A stretch of 64,000 bases of DNA from an uncultured Bacteroidales bacterium. GTDB lineage: Bacteria > Bacteroidota > Bacteroidia > Bacteroidales > JAAYJT01. The notes beneath the pieces are model-generated. The model was not told the origin of the DNA and did no database searches. It was given only the letters and a program-made list of their open reading frames with translations. The first letter of the stretch is position 1. Every line of letters begins with the position of its first letter. Where the stretch lies: contig CAYGGZ010000010.1 of NCBI GenBank assembly GCA_964349765.1, positions 1,277-65,276 of the forward strand. Direction: 5' to 3'. Both the position numbers and the translations under genes were made by a program. Below are positions 20,226 to 27,990 of the stretch, in pieces.

Positions 20226-23200
20226 AGATCCTGGTTTCTTCAAAACGATACCAGCTCATTAAAGGCGCAGGCATGTTTTTTATGTTTGCGATCGCACAAC
20301 TAACCGTTACCCTGACAAACGGACAACAACACTCGTTCAGCACCAACAAATACTTGCTTGCTACAGAAATTGAATCATTTTTCGGGGAAAGCCAAGGTTT
20401 TCACAGGCAACGGCTGAATGATGTTGCCTCAAACATGCAGCGTTCGCTGGTTGCCGGCCATTTTAGCGATTTTCATGTGGCGGAAATGGCGAAGGTTGCT
20501 AACCGTATGATGAATCTGCAACTTCCTGCTTATCCTACGTTTTATTATTATTTTGGGAACGCATTAGAAATTATAAAATTCAATCAGGCTGAGTCCTTTT
20601 TCAACGATTGGAATTCCGGGGTGCTTGTTTTGCTACAGGAGCCAGTGCGAACCAACCTCGACAAGTTCTTGTTGTTCAGCCACCAGTTTTTTAATCAACG
20701 TACTCTTTATGAAAGCAATTCGGTTAGATGGGATATAAGAAACGGTTCGTGGAAGTTTCAAACAGACTCTATACCACTGCTGATTGTTACCGGAGCTGAT
20801 TTGATCTGTTATGCCGGAGCCGATAGCAGCAGAATAAAAAATGCATCTGGCACATATGACCCCTTCAGTATGAAGTGGACTGGAATTACCGGGCAGGTAA
20901 CCTGGGAAAGGGTATCATTTAGCAGCCACAAGGTGCACGCCTTATTGGGCAGGTATAGTATTCACATGCGATCATCAGGTTTTGAAGCCGATACCGCCTG
21001 GCTTCACTATCCTGAGTTATTATCTGTTCCCATTGCCGGAACGCTTCATGAACAGGCATCTCCAGGAATTACCCCGGCTAATTCAAACTACCCCAAATTT
21101 ACCTCTTTCGAAACTTCATTAAACATTACCAATATCTTCCCAGGAATTGACTTTACCGGTGGAATTGCTCTTGAGGGAAATAGGATGACAGGTTTTGGCG
21201 CTTTCAGAAACGATGCTGTGTTACTCATTCATTATCAGGAAAAACCGGTGGTTAGGCTTGCTTCCCGAAACTTTAACATTCGCAGCGATCGGATTACATC
21301 GCAGAGAGCGGCTACCACGATTTACTTCTGTAACGACTCTATTGTACATCCCGGCCTCGAAATGCGTTACTCAAACTCAAGCAATGAATTAACTCTTTTA
21401 CGGTCAGCAACCGGACTGCCTTCAAGCCCTTTCTTTAGCTCCTATCATGGCGTTGATATATATGTTGAAGCAATTTATTGGAATACCGGCCGTGCGGAAA
21501 TAGAATTCGGCGGTATACGCGGTCTGAAAAGAGAAAGTGAGGCTGTTTTTGAATCACAATACTATTTTACACCAACACGATTTTATCAGTTACAGGGCAT
21601 TGACGAATATCATCCCCTGGTTGCATTAAACGATTATGCACGGCTGATTTCTTCAAACACTTTTTACCATGAAGAACTTGCAACTTTCATGGGAATTAAC
21701 CTTTCGCAGGTTAGCGCAATGTTGATACATCTAACAACAAACGGCTTTGTACTCTACAACCCTGGAAGCGGAAAAGTGGTGGTAAAGGAGAGGTTAAGCC
21801 ACTATCTCGAGGCGTTTAACCATAAAAAAGACCATGACGTTATCCGAATTGTTTCGAGGGTCAACGAAACTGTAAACGCGGTTCTGAACATCGAAAACTG
21901 TAATTTGAGCTTAAGGGGTGTGCCCGAAGCAGTACTAAGTAATACACAACGTGTGAACATTTACCCGGCAGGAGGAGAAATTGTGCTTACAAGAAACCTC
22001 GGAATAGAGTTCACAGGGAATATTCATGCAGGATTTTTCGATTTTTACGTTGGACCTAGCGTTTTTGATTACAATAGCTTCAGTTTGCTCCTGCCTCAGG
22101 TTGACTCGCTCAGCTTTGTAGTTCCGGTAGAAACACCCGGCAAACCAAAAGAGCTTGTAAGAGTGAAAACCGTTATTTCAAATATCAGCGGAGAATTATT
22201 GATTGGCCATCCCCATAACAAGTCGGGAAGATTGAACCAACCTCAATATCCGGCGTTCCGCTCAAAAACCGACTCTTATGTGTATTTCAATCAGACCTAT
22301 GTGCAAAATGGGGTTTACGGAAAAGATCGGTTCTACTACCATGTTTTACCGTTTGAAATTGATAGCCTGCACAGCTTTACAACAGTTGGAATGAGTTTCA
22401 ACGGATATCTTTTTTCGGGAGGTATCATTCCGGAAATTAGCGAGCCACTCAGAGTACAGCCCGACTTTTCGCTTGGCTTTCAAACTTCCTCACCGCTCAA
22501 TAATGCTCCCGTATACAACGGTGCTGCTTCTTTTACAGGATCACTGGCACTAAGTCATAAAGGCTTGATTGGGGCTGGAATTATCAGTTATCTGAACGCT
22601 ACGATGGAAGGAGATTCCTTGCTATTCCATCCCGATTCTCTTATGGCGAACCGGTGCAATTTCCATTTGGCTGAAATCCCCGGATCGCTTGAGTTTCCGG
22701 TTGTACAAGCAGAAAATACCGCAATTGTCTGGCATCCCGGCGAGGGATTGGCTATTCTCACAAACCACCCCTCTTATTCTTTTATGCTTTTCAATCATCA
22801 GATTCAACTGAGCGGGACACTCGAATTCGGCCCCAAAGGTTTATTTGGCGCCGGAACAGCCAGATGGCAACAAGCTGTATGGCAATCTGGCAGATATAGT
22901 TTCACACGCAATTCCCTGTCGGCTGAATGGTGCGATTTTTCCCTGGAGCATCCGTCGCACGGAATAATATTCATGTCAACAGGATATGATTTTGACTTCG
23001 AACTCCTTTCAAGGCAAGGGCAGTTTAACCGAAATGGCGATAACGCTGTTGTTTCGTTTCCCTTTAACAAGTACTCTACCCGTGCCGACGCTTTTAGGTG
23101 GGAGGCCGATTACGACGAGATTCACCTGAACAACGAATATACTGCCGAACGCCTGAGCATCTCAACACTAAACTCTAGCAGGCTTTCACCGTCTGATTTT

Positions 23201-24712
23201 GGGAAGTCGGTTTTGCTTTCGTTGTGCCCCGACCAGGATTCACTTGGGTTTTTCGCCATAACAGCTCAGTACGATATGCGAAACCTCGAACTAAATGCAT
23301 TTGAAGTGCCTTCTGTTCAGATAGCTAATACCGCTGTTATTCCTGTTGATGGCCGTGTTACAATCAGTAACAACGGAACTATCCGCCCTTTGAAAGGTGC
23401 CATGCTATACATTTCTCCTGAGAACCTGATTCACACTTTCTATAATGTTGATATTGAAATTTACAACAGAAATTCTTTTAGTGCGTCGGGATACCTGATG
23501 TTTAACGGCGGTGAGGGATATGAAAGCGAAATACATTTTTCAGAAATTAAAGCCGATTCGCTTGGAATAGCATTCGCCAATGCACAAATACATGGCGCCG
23601 GAATGTTTATTAATCCCTATTTCCGCTTCAAAGGCTCGGTTCATATCGGAAGTGCGGCCAGATATCTGTTCTTAAACGGCTATTACAAGCCAACACAATA
23701 TTTTAAAGGATTTAATCCTAAGTGGGTGCGGTTTGCCTCTGCGCTACAAAGCAATAACATTGTGTTCCCTGCAACCTTTCCGATGAAAGGCGAAGCCGGC
23801 GAAACAATCTATGCCACATTACACTACAATTTAACATCAGGCAAATTGTACCCGGCTTTCTTTGCCTCTAAAACATTTTCGGGCGACACCGCGCTGATTG
23901 TTGCAGAGGGCTTTGTTGGGTATGACACTGTTGGTAAATTCTACTACATCTCAAACACCCCTTATGAACATGGAGGCTCAAACCGTAACATCATACGGTT
24001 CAATACGCAGGAATCGAAAATAAGCGGCAATGGGAAAATCAACTTTGGCCATGAGTTTGGACGCGTAAGCATGCTCCCGGCCGGTTCAATAAAACATTAT
24101 GCTACCGCCGATTCAACAATTTTAGAATTGTTTGCTGCGTTTGATTTTTTCTTTTCAAGAGAGGCATTTGATCTGATAATAAAGAAGTTTGAAAATGCAA
24201 CGTTGCAAAACGTTTCGTTTAAACCCACAGTTGAAGCAGGTATTCATGCGCTTTTCAAGCCTGATGAAGCTGAGCGGTTGATATCGGAGCTCGGCACACG
24301 CGGTTCTCTTCGCAGGCTGCCCGATAATCTTTCGCGCGCCTTGATATTTAACGACTTAACAATGATCTGGAATCATCGAACCAGGTCGTTTACAAGCACA
24401 GGCCCTTTAGGTGTAATGATTATAAACGGACAGCAGGTGAACAAATATGTTGAAGGTCGGGTAGAGATCATTCGTCGTACGGAAGGCGATGCTTTCAATA
24501 TTTACCTCGAACAAGCGCCAAACCAATGGTTCTTTTTTCATTACAGTGCTGGAGTATTGCATGCAGTATCGTCGCTGGATGAGTTTAACTCGGCAATTGC
24601 CAAAATGAGTGAAGAACGCCGCATGCTTCCGGCCCGTAAGCAGGAAGTGCCGTACCGCTTTGTTGCCGGCACTACTCATATGCGAGATGCCTTTGTGCAA
24701 CGAATGCGCTAA
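20222..24712 (+). CDS. Very large (~1496 aa) uncharacterised, probably secreted or envelope protein
   Basis: The long ORF begins at 20159 in the track. I prefer ATG 20222, which forms an ATGA overlap with the prmA stop and gives MKILVSSKRYQLIKGAGMFFMFAIAQL with a signal-like segment. No family recognised. It is rich in N/S/F/Y and looks beta-rich. Confidence 0.6.
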   Translation: MKILVSSKRYQLIKGAGMFFMFAIAQLTVTLTNGQQHSFSTNKYLLATEIESFFGESQGFHRQRLNDVASNMQRSLVAGHFSDFHVAEMAKVANRMMNLQLPAYPTFYYYFGNALEIIKFNQAESFFNDWNSGVLVLLQEPVRTNLDKFLLFSHQFFNQRTLYESNSVRWDIRNGSWKFQTDSIPLLIVTGADLICYAGADSSRIKNASGTYDPFSMKWTGITGQVTWERVSFSSHKVHALLGRYSIHMRSSGFEADTAWLHYPELLSVPIAGTLHEQASPGITPANSNYPKFTSFETSLNITNIFPGIDFTGGIALEGNRMTGFGAFRNDAVLLIHYQEKPVVRLASRNFNIRSDRITSQRAATTIYFCNDSIVHPGLEMRYSNSSNELTLLRSATGLPSSPFFSSYHGVDIYVEAIYWNTGRAEIEFGGIRGLKRESEAVFESQYYFTPTRFYQLQGIDEYHPLVALNDYARLISSNTFYHEELATFMGINLSQVSAMLIHLTTNGFVLYNPGSGKVVVKERLSHYLEAFNHKKDHDVIRIVSRVNETVNAVLNIENCNLSLRGVPEAVLSNTQRVNIYPAGGEIVLTRNLGIEFTGNIHAGFFDFYVGPSVFDYNSFSLLLPQVDSLSFVVPVETPGKPKELVRVKTVISNISGELLIGHPHNKSGRLNQPQYPAFRSKTDSYVYFNQTYVQNGVYGKDRFYYHVLPFEIDSLHSFTTVGMSFNGYLFSGGIIPEISEPLRVQPDFSLGFQTSSPLNNAPVYNGAASFTGSLALSHKGLIGAGIISYLNATMEGDSLLFHPDSLMANRCNFHLAEIPGSLEFPVVQAENTAIVWHPGEGLAILTNHPSYSFMLFNHQIQLSGTLEFGPKGLFGAGTARWQQAVWQSGRYSFTRNSLSAEWCDFSLEHPSHGIIFMSTGYDFDFELLSRQGQFNRNGDNAVVSFPFNKYSTRADAFRWEADYDEIHLNNEYTAERLSISTLNSSRLSPSDFGKSVLLSLCPDQDSLGFFAITAQYDMRNLELNAFEVPSVQIANTAVIPVDGRVTISNNGTIRPLKGAMLYISPENLIHTFYNVDIEIYNRNSFSASGYLMFNGGEGYESEIHFSEIKADSLGIAFANAQIHGAGMFINPYFRFKGSVHIGSAARYLFLNGYYKPTQYFKGFNPKWVRFASALQSNNIVFPATFPMKGEAGETIYATLHYNLTSGKLYPAFFASKTFSGDTALIVAEGFVGYDTVGKFYYISNTPYEHGGSNRNIIRFNTQESKISGNGKINFGHEFGRVSMLPAGSIKHYATADSTILELFAAFDFFFSREAFDLIIKKFENATLQNVSFKPTVEAGIHALFKPDEAERLISELGTRGSLRRLPDNLSRALIFNDLTMIWNHRTRSFTSTGPLGVMIINGQQVNKYVEGRVEIIRRTEGDAFNIYLEQAPNQWFFFHYSAGVLHAVSSLDEFNSAIAKMSEERRMLPARKQEVPYRFVAGTTHMRDAFVQRMR

Positions 24713-24733
24713 TAGGAAAGTTGCAGTAATTGC

Positions 24734-24790
24734 TCCAAGTATTTGGTTCGAATCCAAAAGTTGGATATTAACGATTTTTGTTTTTACTTT
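24734..24790 (+). terminator. Interrupted hairpin plus T-rich tract after the 1496-aa gene; the hairpin mimics a tRNA T-arm/acceptor minihelix
   Basis: tccaa-gta-tttgg-ttcgaat-ccaaa-ag-ttgga, then tattaacgatttttgttttt. Confidence 0.35.
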
Positions 24791-24809
24791 GCCTATGTAA
24801 ATAATTCTC

Positions 24810-24817
24810 TAATTTTG
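24810..24817 (+). promoter_or_regulatory. -7 box (TAatTTTG) upstream of dnaN
   Basis: taattttg lies about 30 nt upstream of ATG 24847. Confidence 0.45.
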
Positions 24818-24846
24818 TTGACCGTTTACCAAGAAATAAGAATGAC

Positions 24847-25974
24847 ATGAAGTTTATTGTATCCAGCAATACTTTGCTAAAAAACCTCCAGGCAATCAGT
24901 GGGTCACTTGGCTCAAGTAGCGCGCTTCCCATCCTTGAGAATTTTCTATTCCGACTTGAGGACAATGTCTTGTATGTTACAGCCAGCGATTTGGAAACCA
25001 CCATGACCGCTTCGGTTCCTCTTTCAATGGCCGATGAGGATGGAGTAGTGGCGGTTCCTGCCAAGATACTGCTCGACACGCTAAAAACTCTGGCCGATAT
25101 ACCACTTACCATCACAATCGACACTTCCTCAAACTATATGGTTGAGCTCTCTACGGGTGAAGGAAAGTATAAGTTGGCTGGATTGAGCGGCGAAAACTAT
25201 CCTCGTGCGCCGGTTATGCTCAACGCAAACGTGCTTGAGATGAGTTCATCGGTGCTTGCTCATGCTATTGCCAAAACCATTATTGCAACCGGCAACGACG
25301 AAATGAGGCCTGTTATGGCAGGAGTGTTTTGCGATTTTACACCCGACGATCTCACATTCGTTGCAACTGATTCGCACCGCCTGGTTCGCTACCGCCGTTT
25401 CGATACTCATGCACAAGCTGCTGTTTCGTTTATCATGCCGAAAAAGCCGCTGCAACAGCTTAAAAACCTTTTGGCGTCAGAAGAAACTACCGTTAAAATG
25501 GAGTTTAATCAAACCAACGCAGCCTATTCATTCCGTAACATCAACCTCATTTGCCGTCTTATCGAAGGAAGATATCCGAACTATGAGGCAGTAATTCCGC
25601 GCGATAATCCGAGAAAACTTATAGTTGACCGCACGATCTTCCTCAATGCTCTTCGACGTGTTTCGATATTCGCCAATCAATCAACATTGCAGGTTCGCCT
25701 GCGTATATCCGGTCAGGAGCTTCAACTGGGTGCTGAAGACATAGATTACGCCAACGAGGCACGTGAGCGCCTTAGCTGCTCCTTTGAAGGCGAAGACATC
25801 GAAATAGGATTCAACAGCCGCTTTCTTGCCGATATGCTGAACAACGTTGATACTGAAGAGGTAATGCTTGAATTGTCGGAACCTAACAAAGCTGGTATCT
25901 TACGGCCAGTAAGCCCTGGCGACGAGACTAAAGAGCTTCTGATGCTTGTGATGCCGGTTATGCTGAACCAATGA
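24847..25974 (+). CDS. dnaN: DNA polymerase III beta subunit (sliding clamp)
   Basis: 375 aa. MKFIVSSNTLLKNLQ...ILENFLF...ATDSHRL...GRYPNYEAVIP, with typical DnaN layout and size. Confidence 0.9.
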   Translation: MKFIVSSNTLLKNLQAISGSLGSSSALPILENFLFRLEDNVLYVTASDLETTMTASVPLSMADEDGVVAVPAKILLDTLKTLADIPLTITIDTSSNYMVELSTGEGKYKLAGLSGENYPRAPVMLNANVLEMSSSVLAHAIAKTIIATGNDEMRPVMAGVFCDFTPDDLTFVATDSHRLVRYRRFDTHAQAAVSFIMPKKPLQQLKNLLASEETTVKMEFNQTNAAYSFRNINLICRLIEGRYPNYEAVIPRDNPRKLIVDRTIFLNALRRVSIFANQSTLQVRLRISGQELQLGAEDIDYANEARERLSCSFEGEDIEIGFNSRFLADMLNNVDTEEVMLELSEPNKAGILRPVSPGDETKELLMLVMPVMLNQ

Positions 25975-26070
25975 TCTAAATAGTAACCAGTTGTTAGAGC
26001 GAATATTCAGGTTTTATGCAAAACAAAACGTCTTTCTTATATAAGCCGGAATATTTACTTCGTATGTTGT

Positions 26071-27699
26071 TTATGAAAGCGACGGGCCTACAGATGCAAG
26101 GCGTTTTCCCAATTCGCTATCGGTGTATTGAGCGAAATTTTCAATGAAACGCTTTGCTAAATCCTGTGCTTTGCGATCCCATTCCTGTGGATCGGCGTAA
26201 GTATTGCACGGATCAAGAATGGCATTGTCAACACCCTCGAGTTCAATGGGAACCTCGAGATTAAAATACCTGATAATTTTTGTTGGGGCATGGTCTATTC
26301 TGCCGTCGAGGATTGCATGAATAATGTTTCTTGTTTCATTTATGGAAATTCGCTTACCCGACCCGTTCCATCCCGTGTTTACAAGATAAGCGGTAGCACC
26401 GGATTTTTGCATTCGTTTGATAAGCTCTATAGCATATTTTGTAGGGTGGAGGGCAAGGAAAGCTTTCCCAAAACATGCCGAAAAGGTTGGTTGCGGCGTT
26501 GTGACACCACATTCCGTACCTGCAAGCTTTGCGGTAAATCCCGACAGAAAATGGTATTTCGTTTGATCAGGAGTTAGCCTTGCCACAGGTGGCAATACTC
26601 CGAAAGCATCGGCGGTAAGAAAAATTACCTTACCAGCATGACCTGCTTTTGATACAGGCTTCACGGTGTTTTTTATATGATAAATTGGATACGAAACACG
26701 TGTGTTTTCGGTTTTGCTTGCATCAGAAAAGTTAATAGAGCCATCAGGCAGAATGACGCAGTTTTCAAGAAGAGCATCGCGGCGGATAGCGTTGTAGATA
26801 TCAGGCTCGCTTTCTTTATTCAGATTGATGCATTTTGCGTAACAACCGCCTTCGAAATTAAACACGCCCTCATCGTCCCAGCCATGTTCGTCATCGCCGA
26901 TCAGCATTTTGTCGGGATCGGTAGAAAGAGTGGTTTTCCCTGTTCCCGAGAGCCCAAAAAAAATGGCTACATCTCCGTTTTTCCCCACATTTGCAGAGCA
27001 ATGCATTGACGCAATCCCTTTTAGCGGAAGATAATAGTTCATCATTGTGAAGATTCCCTTTTTCATCTCGCCACCATACCATGTGCCGCCTATGATTTGC
27101 ATATGTTCTGACATGTTAAACGCCACGAAATTTTCCGAATTCATCCCCATCTCTTTCCATCGCGGGTTTGTAGCCTTTGAAGCATTCAGCAACGTAAAAT
27201 CAGGATTGAAATTTTTTAACTCCTCTTCCGTGGGTCTGATAAACATGTTTTTGCAAAAATGAGCTTGCCAGGCAACCTCAGTCACAAACCGCACGCTTAA
27301 CCTTGTTTCAGGGTTTGCTCCGCAAAAGGCCTCTACAACAAACAACCGTTTCCCCGAGAGCTGTTTCGTTACTATTGTTTTTAAATAGCTCCACGCCTCA
27401 GGAGTAATGGGGCGATTGTCGTTTTTACCAGTTGTGCTCCACCAAACTGTGTTTTCTGTGATACTGTCCATTACTATGTACTTATCCTTCGGCGAACGTC
27501 CGGTAAAAAGACCTGTGTCAACTGCTACAGCTCCGGTGTTGGTTATAAAACCCTTTTCAAATCCAGCCAGGTTAGGATCGGTTTCGTGGCGAAACAAGTC
27601 GTCGTAAGAAGGATTGTGTACAATCTCAACGACATCAGTTATTCCGTGAACAGAAAGATCGGGAAGGCGTAGAGTTTTGGTTGTGTTCAGGTTGCACAT
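26071..27699 (-). CDS. pckA: Phosphoenolpyruvate carboxykinase (ATP)
   Basis: 542 aa. [13 protein letters not shown] kinase-1a motif, IGDDEHGW, and NTGWNG. Confidence 0.95.
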   Translation of the reverse strand: MCNLNTTKTLRLPDLSVHGITDVVEIVHNPSYDDLFRHETDPNLAGFEKGFITNTGAVAVDTGLFTGRSPKDKYIVMDSITENTVWWSTTGKNDNRPITPEAWSYLKTIVTKQLSGKRLFVVEAFCGANPETRLSVRFVTEVAWQAHFCKNMFIRPTEEELKNFNPDFTLLNASKATNPRWKEMGMNSENFVAFNMSEHMQIIGGTWYGGEMKKGIFTMMNYYLPLKGIASMHCSANVGKNGDVAIFFGLSGTGKTTLSTDPDKMLIGDDEHGWDDEGVFNFEGGCYAKCINLNKESEPDIYNAIRRDALLENCVILPDGSINFSDASKTENTRVSYPIYHIKNTVKPVSKAGHAGKVIFLTADAFGVLPPVARLTPDQTKYHFLSGFTAKLAGTECGVTTPQPTFSACFGKAFLALHPTKYAIELIKRMQKSGATAYLVNTGWNGSGKRISINETRNIIHAILDGRIDHAPTKIIRYFNLEVPIELEGVDNAILDPCNTYADPQEWDRKAQDLAKRFIENFAQYTDSELGKRLASVGPSLS

Positions 27700-27785
27700 G
27701 CTTAAAAAATGCTTTGTGGGTAAGGGAAGTTACTTTTTGGAATTGCAAAAATATAAAATTGTACATACAAGTAATATAAGAAAAA

Positions 27786-27931
27786 ACCCAGATTAAGCAT
27801 TTGACAATGCTTAAACGAATAAGTGTTTGTAATCAGCACAATAAAAATTGAGCTGAACAAACACTAGCTCGGGATTACCCTCATGGAATCAATAGTTCAG
27901 CCCTAACGGACTTTCTATTGATTAATTCGGG
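27786..27931. repeat. Modular palindromic intergenic repeat, copy 3 (modules A+C+B, the fullest copy)
   Basis: aacccagattaagcatttgacaatgcttaaacg, then aataagtgtttgtaatcagcacaat...aacaaacactagctcggg, then attaccctcatggaatcaatagttcagccctaacggactttctattgattaattcggg. Confidence 0.85.
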
Positions 27932-27968
27932 ATAAAAGAAAAGCAGTCGAAAAATCCAACTGCTTTTC
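27931..27968 (-). terminator. Intrinsic terminator of ppdK
   Basis: On the minus strand: gaaaagcag-ttggatttttcga-ctgcttttc (9-bp stem) followed by ttttatc, starting 22 nt after the ppdK stop. Confidence 0.65.
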
Positions 27969-27990
27969 CTTTTAATAACCAATCAGGAGG

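Noticed and set aside
24734-24766. A tRNA gene, suggested by a perfect GGTTCGAATCC T-loop.
   Set aside because: Only the T-arm and an acceptor-like helix are present. The 5' side is the end of a protein-coding ORF, with no D-arm or anticodon arm. It is kept only as a terminator or minihelix observation.
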